Origin: Labilithrix sp.
Lineage (GTDB): Bacteria > Myxococcota_A > Polyangia > Polyangiales > Polyangiaceae
Assembly: GCA_044227045.1 (NCBI GenBank)
Contig: JBGAFW010000002.1
Coordinates: 67,457 to 131,456, forward strand
Length of the DNA stretch: 64,000 nucleotides
Direction of reading: 5' to 3'
Part shown: one piece after another, positions 37,097 to 47,138 of the stretch
Numbering within the stretch: the stretch's first letter is position 1
Layout of the letters: each line of letters opens with the position of its first letter
Program-made: the position numbers and the translations under genes
Notes under the pieces: generated by a model
What the model was told of the DNA's origin: nothing
Database searches by the model: none
Seen by the model: only the letters and a program-made list of their open reading frames with translations

Positions 37097-38380
37097 ATGC
37101 CGGCCGTCGTGATCGTAGGTGCGCAGTGGGGTGACGAAGGCAAAGGCAAGATCGTCGACATCTTCACCGAGCACGCCGACATGGTCGTTCGCTACGGTGG
37201 CGGGCCGAACGCGGGCCACACGCTCGTCGTCGGTGACGAGAAGATCGTCGTCCGTCTCGTCCCGAGCGGCGTGCTTCGTCGCGATGTCTCGTGCGTCCTC
37301 GGCCAAGGCATGGTCATCGATCCGAGGAGCCTCGTCTCCGAGCTCGACGACCTCGAGAAGCGCGGCGTGAACGCCAAAGAGCGCCTCATCGTGTCCGATC
37401 GCGCACACGCGATCTTGCCGTATCACGTCACGATCGACGGCCTGCGCGAGCAGGGCAAAGGGGCGATCGGCACGACGAAGCGCGGCGTTGGCCCGTGCTA
37501 CGAGGACAAGGTCGCGCGCCGTGGCATCACGCTCGGCACGTTCCGCGATCCGAAGAGGCTCCGCGAGCTCGTCACCCGCGCGCTCGAAGGTTGGGCGCCC
37601 GTCATGACGGCCCTCGGCGCGGACAAGGCCGCGTCCAGCGTCGACGAGGTGATGGCTGCGCTCGAGCCCACCCGCGCGCGGATCGTGTCGATGCTCGCGG
37701 CGACGCAGCCGATCGTGGCGCGCGCGATCGAAGCAAAGAAGAAGGTCGTCCTCGAGGGCGCGCAGGGCACGCTGCTCGACGTCGATCACGGCACCTATCC
37801 GTTCGTCACGTCGTCGACGCCCACGTCGGGCGGTGCATGTGTCGGCGCCGGCGTCGGGCCGAGCCGCATCGACGCCGTGATCGGCCTCGTGAAGGCGTAC
37901 ACGACGCGCGTCGGCGGCGGTCCGTTCCCGACGGAGCTCCACGACGAGATCGGAGAGCGCATTCGCAAGATCGGCGCCGAGTTCGGCTCGGTGACCGGAC
38001 GGCCACGACGCACCGGTTGGCTCGATCTCCCTGCGCTGCGCTACGCCGTGTCCGTCAACGGCCTCGACGGCCTCGCGCTGACGAAGCTCGACGTCTTGAC
38101 GGGGCTCGACGAGGTGAAGGCCTGCGTGGCGTACGACACGCCGTCCGGCCGCACGACCGACTTCCCGATCGACGATCTCCACACCGCGACGCCCGTCTAC
38201 AAAAGCTTCCCTGGATGGAAAGAGGAGCTCGGGAAGGCGCGCGCCATGGAAGAGCTCCCGAGCGCGGCGCGCACGTTCCTCCGCTTCATCGAGGAAGAAG
38301 CGGGCTGCCCGCTCAACCTCGTCAGCATCGGATCGCGACGCGACGAGACGATCGTCCTGCGCGATCCGTTTCCGTCCTGA
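37097..38380 (+). CDS. purA: Adenylosuccinate synthetase
   Basis: GAQWGDEGKGK P-loop, GGGPNAGHT, GTTKRGVGP, TGRPRRTGWLD. Confidence 0.95.
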   Translation: MPAVVIVGAQWGDEGKGKIVDIFTEHADMVVRYGGGPNAGHTLVVGDEKIVVRLVPSGVLRRDVSCVLGQGMVIDPRSLVSELDDLEKRGVNAKERLIVSDRAHAILPYHVTIDGLREQGKGAIGTTKRGVGPCYEDKVARRGITLGTFRDPKRLRELVTRALEGWAPVMTALGADKAASSVDEVMAALEPTRARIVSMLAATQPIVARAIEAKKKVVLEGAQGTLLDVDHGTYPFVTSSTPTSGGACVGAGVGPSRIDAVIGLVKAYTTRVGGGPFPTELHDEIGERIRKIGAEFGSVTGRPRRTGWLDLPALRYAVSVNGLDGLALTKLDVLTGLDEVKACVAYDTPSGRTTDFPIDDLHTATPVYKSFPGWKEELGKARAMEELPSAARTFLRFIEEEAGCPLNLVSIGSRRDETIVLRDPFPS

Positions 38381-38457
38381 GCGCCTCGCGCCGGAGCTCC
38401 GGAACACAGAGGCTGCCTCGAGCGCTGATTTGAGCTAGCTTTCCCGCTGCTGCCTCG

Positions 38458-39408
38458 ATGGACGCCTTCGCGCTCGCGGTCATTTTCTTCCTTCAACCGG
38501 CGCCGAGCCAAGGCGCGTACGGCACCGCACGTCCGACGGAATGCGGAATGAGCGAAGGCTTTCGAGCAGCGAACGCGTGGGAGCGCGCGAAGGAGCCAAA
38601 CCTGCGTCGCTACTGCGATCTCCTGGCGAGCGGGACGGCGAAGCTCGTCGGATCCGGGTCGGCGATCCTCGTGAAGGAGGTCCCGCAGATCGCGGACGAG
38701 GCGGACAAGCTCCTGCCTGGTCGCGCGGCGCCGAGCGTGCTGAAGGGCCGCGCGTTCCTCCGGCTGAACAAGGCCGACGACGCGCTCGCGGCGCTCAACG
38801 AAGCGAAGCGTCGCGACGAGCGCGCGCTCGACGATCCGGTCGCGCTGCTCGCGTGGGCGAGGGCCAACGCGCGAACGAACCATCTCGCGGAGGCGGCCCA
38901 AGCGTACCGCGCCGCGCTCCCGCGCACGTCGGCGCTCACCGCGCCGCTTCGCTCGGCCGCGTCGTTCGAGGCGGGGATGACGGTGATGGCGCAAGGCCCA
39001 GCCGGGATCGACGACTCGATCGCGATGTTTCGGCAGGCGCGTCGTGACGCGCAAGACGCGATGCAGGTCGCGTCCGTCGCCGGGCTCGCGCTCGCGCTCG
39101 ATCGATCGGGTCAGCGCGACGAAGCCAAGGCGATCCTCGCCGAGCGCGTGCGCGCAGACGCCAAGCCTCTCCTCGCCGACGCGCGCGTCGTCGAGTCGCT
39201 CGCCGACGCCGGCGTTCCGCACGAGAGCGACGCGCTCCTCGCGATCGCGCTCGAAGCGGTCGACGCCGCGGCGGCGCGGGAGGCATGGCGCCGCTACCTC
39301 GAAGGCGCCGGCGGCAAAGGCCCATGGGCCGATCACGCGCGCGAGCACGCGGGCGCCGCGCCGGCGAAGAAGACGCCCCCACGACCGCCGGCAGGAGGCG
39401 CGCGATGA
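38458..39408 (+). CDS. TPR-like repeat protein (N-terminal signal possible)
   Basis: Ala/Leu-rich helical repeats. Its N-terminus shares WERAKEPNLRRYCDLL with the next gene's WERAKDPEMAEAYELH. Confidence 0.55.
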   Translation: MDAFALAVIFFLQPAPSQGAYGTARPTECGMSEGFRAANAWERAKEPNLRRYCDLLASGTAKLVGSGSAILVKEVPQIADEADKLLPGRAAPSVLKGRAFLRLNKADDALAALNEAKRRDERALDDPVALLAWARANARTNHLAEAAQAYRAALPRTSALTAPLRSAASFEAGMTVMAQGPAGIDDSIAMFRQARRDAQDAMQVASVAGLALALDRSGQRDEAKAILAERVRADAKPLLADARVVESLADAGVPHESDALLAIALEAVDAAAAREAWRRYLEGAGGKGPWADHAREHAGAAPAKKTPPRPPAGGAR

Positions 39409-40421
39409 AGCGCTGGAGGCTCGGCGTCACGCTGATGGCCGCGGTCGTCGCGATCGCGACGCACGCGAGCGCCGACACGCCGCCGTCGGTGTGGGAGCGC
39501 GCGAAGGATCCCGAGATGGCCGAGGCCTACGAGCTTCACGAGGCCGTCCAGAAGCGCCTCGTCTCGACCGGCAGCCGCGATCTCGACGAGAGCGAGCTCC
39601 TTCGCGTGCTCGCGATGCTCGAGCGCGCGCAGGCGGAGCACAGCAAGAGCCCGCTCCTCCGCTTCGATCTTGCGTACGTGTACGAAGGCCTGAAAAACCA
39701 CGCGCGGGCAGGGGCGATCTACAAAGCGACGATCGCGGAGTTCCCCGATCACCCCGCGGTCGAGCGCGCGTGGCTGCGGCTCGCGTTCGCGTGCGGTCAC
39801 ACGGGCGATCACGCCTGCGAGCGCAACGCGTACATGCAGGTCCTTCGGATCGAGACCGAAGAGGTCTACCGCGCGACGCCGACGTTGAACCTCGCCGAGA
39901 CCCAGATGCACCTCGGTGATCTCAAGGACGCGATCGACGGCTACCGCGAGGCGCTTCGCATCGCAGGGCGCGTCGATCCGACACGCACCACCGCGCCGCT
40001 CGCGACGTGGGGGCTCGCCGTCGCGCTCGATCGCTCGGGCGATCGCGTCGCGGCCGAAAAAGAAGCGCGTTTCGCGATCGAGATCGAGCGATCGATGGGG
40101 ATGAGCCCGCAGCGTGGCAACGGGCTTCTTCGAAGCGCGGACGTCTTCTTCGTGCCGGCGTACGAGGTGAATTGGTACGAAGGGCTCGGCGCGATCGCGA
40201 GCGCACGCGCGGCGACGTCGTCACGCGATGCGCTCATGTTCTGGCGCTCGGCCGAGCGATCCTTCTCGGAGTACGTTCGCCAGGCAGAAGGCAAGAACGA
40301 CCGCTGGCTCCCGATCGCGAAGGCGCGCCTCGCGCAAGTGAAGGCGGAGCGCGAGCGCGCGGAGAAGGCGACGCCCCGCGAGCCGCCGCCGGAGCTCACG
40401 CCGGACGCCATTCGACTGTGA
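39405..40421 (+). CDS. Secreted TPR-repeat protein (tandem paralog of 38458..39408)
   Basis: Its ATG overlaps the upstream stop (ATGA). Signal peptide MKRWRLGVTLMAAVVAIATHASA. Confidence 0.65.
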   Translation: MKRWRLGVTLMAAVVAIATHASADTPPSVWERAKDPEMAEAYELHEAVQKRLVSTGSRDLDESELLRVLAMLERAQAEHSKSPLLRFDLAYVYEGLKNHARAGAIYKATIAEFPDHPAVERAWLRLAFACGHTGDHACERNAYMQVLRIETEEVYRATPTLNLAETQMHLGDLKDAIDGYREALRIAGRVDPTRTTAPLATWGLAVALDRSGDRVAAEKEARFAIEIERSMGMSPQRGNGLLRSADVFFVPAYEVNWYEGLGAIASARAATSSRDALMFWRSAERSFSEYVRQAEGKNDRWLPIAKARLAQVKAERERAEKATPREPPPELTPDAIRL

Positions 40422-41410
40422 CCGTCTCGAAGCGCGAAGCCGCCCGGCGCGCGAGGAGCGCCTCGGTGAAGAAGGCGCTCGACGCGGTTCGAGCGCGCGA
40501 AGACCTGCGTGCGCGACGGAAGAACGACCCGGTGGAGTTCGTCCATCGTTACGCGTCGCTGCACGATCGCGAGCTCGTCGCGCTCGTCGCGGCGAACCTC
40601 GCCTTCGGAAACGTGAAGGCGATCCGAACGAAGGTCAGCGAGCTGCTCGATCGGATGGAGCGTGTGTCGAAGAGCCCTGCGCGCGCCGCCGACGACGCGC
40701 GCGGCCTCCTGCGTGCGCTCGACGGGTGGAAGCACCGCGTGTTCCTCGGCGAGGACGTCGCAAAGCTCCTCGTCGGCGCGCGCACGCTGCAGCGAGACGA
40801 GGGCTCGCTCGGGCAAGCCTTCGCCAAGGAGCTCGCGAAGGCGGATCGGACGCTCGCGTCGAAGGAGGGAGACGACGCGGGCGGCGAAGCGCTGAAGGAG
40901 GCGCTCGCGAGCTTCTGCGATCGCATCCGCGTGGCAGGAGGCCTTCCGCTGCCCGGAGAGTCGAAGACGGGCCGGCGCGGTCCGGTGAACCTCCTCTCGA
41001 ACGCGAGGGCAGGGGGCGGCGCGAAGCGACTTCTCCTCTTCTTGCGTTGGATGGTGCGGCCCGAAGACGGGATCGACCTCGGGCTGTGGTCGGCGTGGGT
41101 GCCCGCGCGCCGGCTGCTGATGCCGGTCGACGTTCACATCCACAAGCTCTCGCGAAACCTCGGCTTCACGAAGCGCACCGACGTCTCGTGGAAGACCGCG
41201 GTGGAGATCACGACCGCTCTGGCGAACCTGGGGGGACCCGAAGCGCGCGAAGACCCCACCCGCTACGATTTTTCCCTCTGCCACATGGGCATGGTTCAGC
41301 GCTGTCCGTCGCGGAAGGACCCCGTTCGGTGCGAGGGCTGCGGTGTTCGCCCGGTCTGCATTCGCTGGGTCCAAAGAGCTATTAAGGAGGGAACAGCAAG
41401 AACGTCGTGA
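40418..41410 (+). CDS. TIGR02757/DUF2400-family conserved hypothetical protein (start uncertain: 40418 or 40466)
   Basis: The C-terminal region (LLLFLRWMVRPEDGIDLGLWSAWVPARRLLMPVDVHIHKLSRNLGF...DPTRYDFSLCHMGM) matches the DUF2400 pattern. A GTG overlaps the upstream stop (GTGA). Confidence 0.5.
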   Translation: MTVSKREAARRARSASVKKALDAVRAREDLRARRKNDPVEFVHRYASLHDRELVALVAANLAFGNVKAIRTKVSELLDRMERVSKSPARAADDARGLLRALDGWKHRVFLGEDVAKLLVGARTLQRDEGSLGQAFAKELAKADRTLASKEGDDAGGEALKEALASFCDRIRVAGGLPLPGESKTGRRGPVNLLSNARAGGGAKRLLLFLRWMVRPEDGIDLGLWSAWVPARRLLMPVDVHIHKLSRNLGFTKRTDVSWKTAVEITTALANLGGPEAREDPTRYDFSLCHMGMVQRCPSRKDPVRCEGCGVRPVCIRWVQRAIKEGTARTS

Positions 41411-41475
41411 CTTTACAGGCCACTTGATGAGATCCTACAGCCTGTCGCGTCTACGCGTTTCCTACGTTCGTGCTC

Positions 41476-42600
41476 ATGGCCGCAAAGAAACAATTTCCGC
41501 TCGATGCCCTACGAACCGACGGCTGGTTCGAGCGCATCGGTGAGGGCATCGGAAGCTTTCAGGCGCTCTGCGAGATCGTGGGCGAGCGCTTCTTTGCGTT
41601 CTCCATCATCGTCGGCGCGCGCATCACGGCCCTCACGATCGATCGCCGGAGCCCCGATCAGACGCTCGTCGACTTCGTCGTCGGCTCGGCGGAGGCGGAA
41701 GGCGATTTGGAGCCGCAGCGCCTCACCCTCGCGGACTTTCGCCGGCGTCTCGTCGGCGCGTTGCTCGTCGAAGAGGAGAAGCAGGCGCCTGCTCCCGAGC
41801 GCGACACGGACATCGAGGCGATCCAGCTCTTCGTAGGCGTTCGCTACCTCCTCCTCGCGCCGCTCTACGGCTACTCGCTCGTCACGCTCTCGCTCGAAGG
41901 CTCGCAGCCCGAGATCACCGTCCTCCACGACGGCGTCGAAGAGAAGCACGAGCTCGACGCGTTTCGGCTGCGCGTTCGCGCGCACGTCCGCGAGGAGCTC
42001 GATCGCGTCACCACCGGCGCTCGTTCGGCGATCGATCTCTCGAAGGTCGCCGACGCCGAGGCGTGCGCGCTTCGCAAGGAGTGGCCGAAGGTCATCGCGC
42101 TGCTCGGCACCTGGCCGGCGCCGCTCGCGATCTTCCTCCGAACGCCCGAAGGGCAAATGCTCGCGCCCGAAGCGCGCGCCCTGATCGCGAAAGGCCTCGG
42201 CCTCCTCGGCTCCGCGTGCGTCCACGTCGGAGAGATCGAGCAGGCGGAAGAAGTCTTCCGCATCGGCATCCAGTACGCCCAAGAAGGCATGGCCGCCGCC
42301 GAGCTTTTCCGCCGTCTCGGCGAGGCGCTCCTCTTGAACGACCGGCCTGGCGAGGCGATCGGCCCGCTCCGTCGCGCGCTGGCCTTTGGTGGACTACCGC
42401 AAGAGGTGTATCCACCTCTCGCACGTGCGTTCATCCAGCGTGGCCGCTACGTCGCGGCCTTCGCCTGCCTGAAAGACGCCCTCGCCGCGGGCGCCGCCGA
42501 GAAGGATCTCGCCGAAGACATTCGCGAAGTCGAGACGAAGCTCGGTCCTGCGCTGACGGCGTGGAAGGCGAAGCTTCTCACCGTCGACAAAGCCAGCTAG
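41476..42600 (+). CDS. Hypothetical protein with C-terminal TPR-like repeats
   Basis: Coding-like codon usage. No catalytic motif recognised. Confidence 0.5.
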   Translation: MAAKKQFPLDALRTDGWFERIGEGIGSFQALCEIVGERFFAFSIIVGARITALTIDRRSPDQTLVDFVVGSAEAEGDLEPQRLTLADFRRRLVGALLVEEEKQAPAPERDTDIEAIQLFVGVRYLLLAPLYGYSLVTLSLEGSQPEITVLHDGVEEKHELDAFRLRVRAHVREELDRVTTGARSAIDLSKVADAEACALRKEWPKVIALLGTWPAPLAIFLRTPEGQMLAPEARALIAKGLGLLGSACVHVGEIEQAEEVFRIGIQYAQEGMAAAELFRRLGEALLLNDRPGEAIGPLRRALAFGGLPQEVYPPLARAFIQRGRYVAAFACLKDALAAGAAEKDLAEDIREVETKLGPALTAWKAKLLTVDKAS

Positions 42601-42805
42601 CCGACGCGCAAGAGCGCGGACGTGAGCGCACACGGATTCTGGATGTGCGTCGAACCACCCGCGCTTCAAGCGAGAAGCGCGCGTGCGCGCGTGTAGGGCG
42701 CGTCGAGGCAAGGTGAGCGTCGCCACGCGAGAAGCGCGGACGCCGAATCGCTTCGAGATCTCGAGGATTCCCGTCGAAGAGGCGGGCGCAAACTGATACG
42801 TTGGG

Positions 42806-44320
42806 ATGATGGACGTCGACTGCGGTTCCGCTCGAGATCGACTCGGGCGGACACTCGGCGGAAAATATCACCTGAAGGAGGTCCTGGGCGCAGGCGGGAC
42901 CGCCGTCGTGTATCGCGCAGAGTCCATCACCGGCGAGCGCGTCGCGATCAAGGTGCTCCACGATCACCTGAGTCGGAGCGAGGAGGTTTGTCGTCGCTTC
43001 GTTCGTGAAGGCCAGCTCGGCAACGCGCTCGATCATCCGGGCACGGTGCGCGTGCTCGACTACGGCGGCACCGAAGAAGGTTGCCCGTACCTCGTGCTCG
43101 AGCTTCTCGAAGGCGAGTCGCTCGAAGAACGGCGCGTTCGCAGCGGCGGTCGCCTCGAGATGTGGGAGACGCTCGACTTCTGCGATCAGCTCCTCGCGGT
43201 GCTCGAGATCGCGCACGCCAAGAGCATCGTCCATCGCGACATCAAGCCGTCGAACCTCTTCGTGACGAAGACCGGCGTGCTCAAGGTGCTCGACTTCGGC
43301 ATCGCGCGATTCACCGACGACACCTCTTCGGCGACCTCGACGAAGACCGGAACGATGGTCGGGACCCCGGCGTTCATGCCGCCAGAGCAGGCGCTCTCGC
43401 GGCCTCGTGACGTCGACGCGCGCACGGATATCTGGTCCGTCGGCGCGACGCTCTTCACGCTTCTCTCCGGTGAGCACGTGCACATCGCCGAGACGAGCAG
43501 CGAGCATCTCGTCAAGGCCGCCACGCTCCACGCGCGATCGCTCGCGCGCGCGCTGCCCGGCGTCCCTGCCAACGTCGAAGCGCTCGTGGCGCGCTGTCTC
43601 GCGTTCGACAAGAACGAGCGCTGGTCGTCGGCCACGACGATGCGCGTCGAGCTCACGTTCGTCCGCGAAGACCCAGGTCGTCGCATCGGCACCTCGACGT
43701 CACCTCCGCCGGAGCGTTACCCGAGCAACCCGAACATGCCGACGATCATCGGCTCGATGCGCGCGCATCAAGAGGCCGGGACGATCTCTGCGACTGGCAG
43801 CGACCCGCCGGTATCCTCGCGCGGCGCGCGTGCGATCCGAAGCGATCGTCCGAGCGATCACAGCGACGTGAACATGTCGCTCAACTCGATGACGGGCGCC
43901 TACGAGTCGCGTCCGCGTCGCAAATGGCTTCTCCCATTCGCGATCACGTCCACGGTGATGCTCGGGATCATGAGCGTCGCCGTGTTGATGCTCGCCATCC
44001 GGACCACGAACCCGTCCCAGGCCGCCACGGTCGCCGCCGCGAACAGCAACAGCGGCAACACCGGCGCGCCCGCGAACACCGACGTCGTGCCCGCGAACGC
44101 CGACGTCCCGCCCGCGATCGAGCTGCCCGCTGACCCGACCGAGACGGCGCCGAAGACGGCGCAGTCTTCTGTAGCGGCTTCACGACCTGCTTCGACAACC
44201 ACGTCGATAACGCCGATGTCTTCCGCGCGGCCCACGACGACGATCACCGTCACGACGTCACCGAAGAAGCCTGCGCCCGCGAAGGGCCCGTTCAACAAAG
44301 ACCTATATCGCCCGTTCTGA
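42806..44320 (+). CDS. Ser/Thr protein kinase with a C-terminal TM anchor
   Basis: GAGGTAVVYRA, VAIKVL, IVHRDIKPSNLFV, DFGIARF, PPEQ. TM segment (FAITSTVMLGIMSVAVLMLAI). Confidence 0.85.
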   Translation: MMDVDCGSARDRLGRTLGGKYHLKEVLGAGGTAVVYRAESITGERVAIKVLHDHLSRSEEVCRRFVREGQLGNALDHPGTVRVLDYGGTEEGCPYLVLELLEGESLEERRVRSGGRLEMWETLDFCDQLLAVLEIAHAKSIVHRDIKPSNLFVTKTGVLKVLDFGIARFTDDTSSATSTKTGTMVGTPAFMPPEQALSRPRDVDARTDIWSVGATLFTLLSGEHVHIAETSSEHLVKAATLHARSLARALPGVPANVEALVARCLAFDKNERWSSATTMRVELTFVREDPGRRIGTSTSPPPERYPSNPNMPTIIGSMRAHQEAGTISATGSDPPVSSRGARAIRSDRPSDHSDVNMSLNSMTGAYESRPRRKWLLPFAITSTVMLGIMSVAVLMLAIRTTNPSQAATVAAANSNSGNTGAPANTDVVPANADVPPAIELPADPTETAPKTAQSSVAASRPASTTTSITPMSSARPTTTITVTTSPKKPAPAKGPFNKDLYRPF

Positions 44321-44342
44321 CCAGCGGCTGTAGAATGGCTCC

Positions 44343-45326
44343 ATGAGCAAGCGAGTCATCTTCGCGTCCCTCACGATGGGAGCGATGCTCGCGTGGCAGT
44401 CGACGGCGCTCGCAGGCGATCCGGCGGTCGCTCGAGAGCAGCTGAAGATCGGCTACGGCCTCGCGCAGGAAGGCAAATGCGAAGACGCGCTCCCTCACTT
44501 CATCGAGAGCCTTCGCCTCGATCCGAAGGCGATCACGCTCATCAACCTCGCCGACTGCGAAGAGAAGGTCGGCAAGCTCGCTGACGCGCTCGCGCACTGG
44601 GCCGATGCGCGTGCGCGTGCGTCGGCCGAAGGCGCTCGGCCGATCGAAGAAGAGGCGACGAAGCGCGCGGCGGCGCTCGACCCGCGCCTGCCACGCCTCA
44701 CGATCACGCTCGCGCCCGCCGTCCCGAAGGACGCGACGGTCGAACGCGACGGCATCGCGCTCGGGGCTCCGTCGCTCAACATCCCGCTTCCGGTCGACCC
44801 TGGCGCGCACACGCTCGTCGTGAAGGCGAAGGGCCGTGCCGAGAAGACGACGTCGCTCACGATCGCCGAGGGTGAGTCGAAGCGCGTCGAGCTCGACGTG
44901 GGGCCGGCGTCGACCACGGACGTCCCGCCGGCGAAGCCGCCACCCAGCGGCGCCGTCGACCGTCGAGAGCCCGAGAAATCCTCGCTGAGCCCGCTCGTCT
45001 ACATCGGCTTTGGGACGGCGGCGGTGGGCGTCGCCGTCGGTACCGCCACCGGCATCATCGCGCTCGGCAAGGGCAACGACGCCGAGAAGACGTGTCCGAA
45101 TCAGCAATGCGCTTCCCAGGAGGCGCTCGACAAGACGAACGACAACGTCGATTCGGGTCGCACCGTCGGGTGGATCTCGACGATCTCGTTCGGCGTCGCG
45201 GCGGTGGGCGCGGGCGTCGGCATCTACGGCCTCCTCTTCGCGCGTGAGAAGCCCGAGACGTCGACCTCCACCAGCGTCGGTCTCTCGTTCGCGCCGAATG
45301 GAGCGGTCCTTCGAGGGCGCTTCTGA
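44343..45326 (+). CDS. Kinase-coupled signal-TPR-beta-domain-TM protein (paralog of 34675)
   Basis: Signal peptide. TPR-like block (LINLADCEEKVGKLADALAHWADARA). Beta-rich middle. TM near the C-terminus (ISTISFGVAAVGAGVGIYGLLF). Confidence 0.65.
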   Translation: MSKRVIFASLTMGAMLAWQSTALAGDPAVAREQLKIGYGLAQEGKCEDALPHFIESLRLDPKAITLINLADCEEKVGKLADALAHWADARARASAEGARPIEEEATKRAAALDPRLPRLTITLAPAVPKDATVERDGIALGAPSLNIPLPVDPGAHTLVVKAKGRAEKTTSLTIAEGESKRVELDVGPASTTDVPPAKPPPSGAVDRREPEKSSLSPLVYIGFGTAAVGVAVGTATGIIALGKGNDAEKTCPNQQCASQEALDKTNDNVDSGRTVGWISTISFGVAAVGAGVGIYGLLFAREKPETSTSTSVGLSFAPNGAVLRGRF

Positions 45327-46342
45327 TGTCGCCTTCGCCCTCGCGGTCACCCGAGCCGCCCAGCAAAGCTCATCGGACGGTCGGCGCGATCGCCATGACG
45401 ATCGGCGCGCTCGCCGCCTGCAACGCGATCGCGGGGCTCGACGACGACTATGTCCTGGCCGACTCGGGCATCCCGCTTCCGAGCGACAAGGATGGATCGT
45501 CCGGCGGCTCCGAGACGTCCTCGGGGAGCGATGGGTCATCGAGCGGCGACGACGGCAGCGTCGACGGCGGCAAAGACGCGGCGAAGCCACCGGCCGACGC
45601 GAGCGCGCCGCTCGACTGCACGAACCCGCCCGGGCTCGAGCATGGCGACGTCCTCTTCTGCGACAACTTCGAAGACACGACGGGCACGCCGGCGAACAAC
45701 TTCGGCTGGACGAGCACGCTCCAGACCGGCGGCGCGCCGACCGTCGAGGCTGCGATCGGTCGCAACGGAACGCGAGGCCTCCGCGCGAAGGCGACGACGT
45801 CGAGCACGACGAGCGTGTCGACGGGCCTCAAGAAGTCCATCCCGCTCGACTTCCCGCTGAGCTCCACCTACTGGCTAAGCTTCTACTTCTCGGTGAAGAG
45901 CGTCGGGATCGACTACAGCGCGATCGGCGCGATCCAGCTCGCGACCGGCGGCCGTACGAACGCGAGCGAGCACGGCGTGGGCGTCTACAACAACGCGGTG
46001 TCGGTGCAGTGCCCGAACGACGGCGGCCCGCCCTGCTACAACGAGAACGATCAGATTCCCGGTCACAAGCACGACGCGTTTCGCGCCGTGCACGTCGAGA
46101 CCGATCGCTGGTACTACGCCGAGGTGTTCGTGACGCGTAACGCGAACGGCGCCGAATACGCCGGCAAGGTCGTCGTCGACGGGCAGACGATCAAGACGCA
46201 CACGACGTCGGCGCTGCTCGACGGTGGGCCCACCGGCAGCCCCGTCGACTTCATCGTCGGCGTCTTCTATTCGGGCACGACGAACCCGCAGTCGACCGAG
46301 GTCATCATCGATGACGTCGTCGTGCGCCAGCAGCGACCCTGA
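45326..46342 (+). CDS. Secreted lipoprotein, concanavalin/lectin-like
   Basis: Its ATG overlaps the upstream stop (TGATG). Lipobox (AIAMTIGALAAC). Gly/Ser/Asp linker, then a beta-rich domain. Confidence 0.55.
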   Translation: MSPSPSRSPEPPSKAHRTVGAIAMTIGALAACNAIAGLDDDYVLADSGIPLPSDKDGSSGGSETSSGSDGSSSGDDGSVDGGKDAAKPPADASAPLDCTNPPGLEHGDVLFCDNFEDTTGTPANNFGWTSTLQTGGAPTVEAAIGRNGTRGLRAKATTSSTTSVSTGLKKSIPLDFPLSSTYWLSFYFSVKSVGIDYSAIGAIQLATGGRTNASEHGVGVYNNAVSVQCPNDGGPPCYNENDQIPGHKHDAFRAVHVETDRWYYAEVFVTRNANGAEYAGKVVVDGQTIKTHTTSALLDGGPTGSPVDFIVGVFYSGTTNPQSTEVIIDDVVVRQQRP

Positions 46343-46354
46343 CCTCGGTGGCTG

Positions 46355-46930
46355 CTAGGAGCCGTACTTCGCGACGAGACCTTTGGCGCGCTCGACGAAC
46401 GCCGCCATGTGGAAGCGCTCGAAGTCAGCCCACGTCGTGAGCGTCTTCGTGTCCTCGACACGATCGACGAAGACCTTGCCGTCGAGGTGATCGAGCTCGT
46501 GCTGGAAGGTGCCGGCGGTGATGCCTTTGACCTCGAAGTCGAGGTCCTTGCCGTGACGATCCCACGCGCGCACGCGGACGTGCGTGAAGCGCCGCACCTC
46601 GCCGCGGAGATTCGGCACGCTGAGGCACCCTTCGTAGCTCATGAACGTCTCGTCCCCGATCGGCGTCACGACGGGGTTCACGAGGATCGTCAGCGGGTAG
46701 TTCGGCTTGTACGGGTACCGAGGGTTCTTGTTGATCTCGATCGCGGCGATCCGGACGGGGGAGTAGACCTGGTTCGCCGCGAGCCCCGCGCCGTTCGCGT
46801 CGTGCATCGTCTCGACGAGGTCGTCGATGAAGCGCTGCATCGGCTCGCCGAGGAGCTCCTCGCGCGTCACCTCACGCGCGATCTCACGAAGGACAGGGTG
46901 CCCGATTGTCGCAATCTTGAGGATGGCCAT
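46355..46930 (-). CDS. def: Peptide deformylase
   Basis: Motifs GAGLAANQV, EGCLSVP, QHELDHLDG. Confidence 0.9.
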   Translation of the reverse strand: MAILKIATIGHPVLREIAREVTREELLGEPMQRFIDDLVETMHDANGAGLAANQVYSPVRIAAIEINKNPRYPYKPNYPLTILVNPVVTPIGDETFMSYEGCLSVPNLRGEVRRFTHVRVRAWDRHGKDLDFEVKGITAGTFQHELDHLDGKVFVDRVEDTKTLTTWADFERFHMAAFVERAKGLVAKYGS

Positions 46931-47037
46931 CAGCGTCCACCCCAACGTAGCGCATCTGACGGGCGGAGAGCGGGCCCCGGATTCGCGCCTATAAGGGCAT
47001 AAGCGCTGCAATTTCGGGCCGATTCGCCGCGTGGTCG

Positions 47038-47067
47038 TTGACTTCTCACCTCGGTCGGCACTACAAA
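47038..47067 (+). promoter_or_regulatory. Candidate sigma70-type promoter for nuoA (TTGACT-N18-TACAAA)
   Basis: Read directly, about 70 nt upstream of the nuoA ATG in the def/nuoA divergent region. Speculative. Confidence 0.25.
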
Positions 47068-47138
47068 TCGGCAGCGTTTTTCCATGGAAAGCCTGGGATC
47101 TTCCTCAGCTCCTCCAGGGTGATCGCGACCGTAGACAG

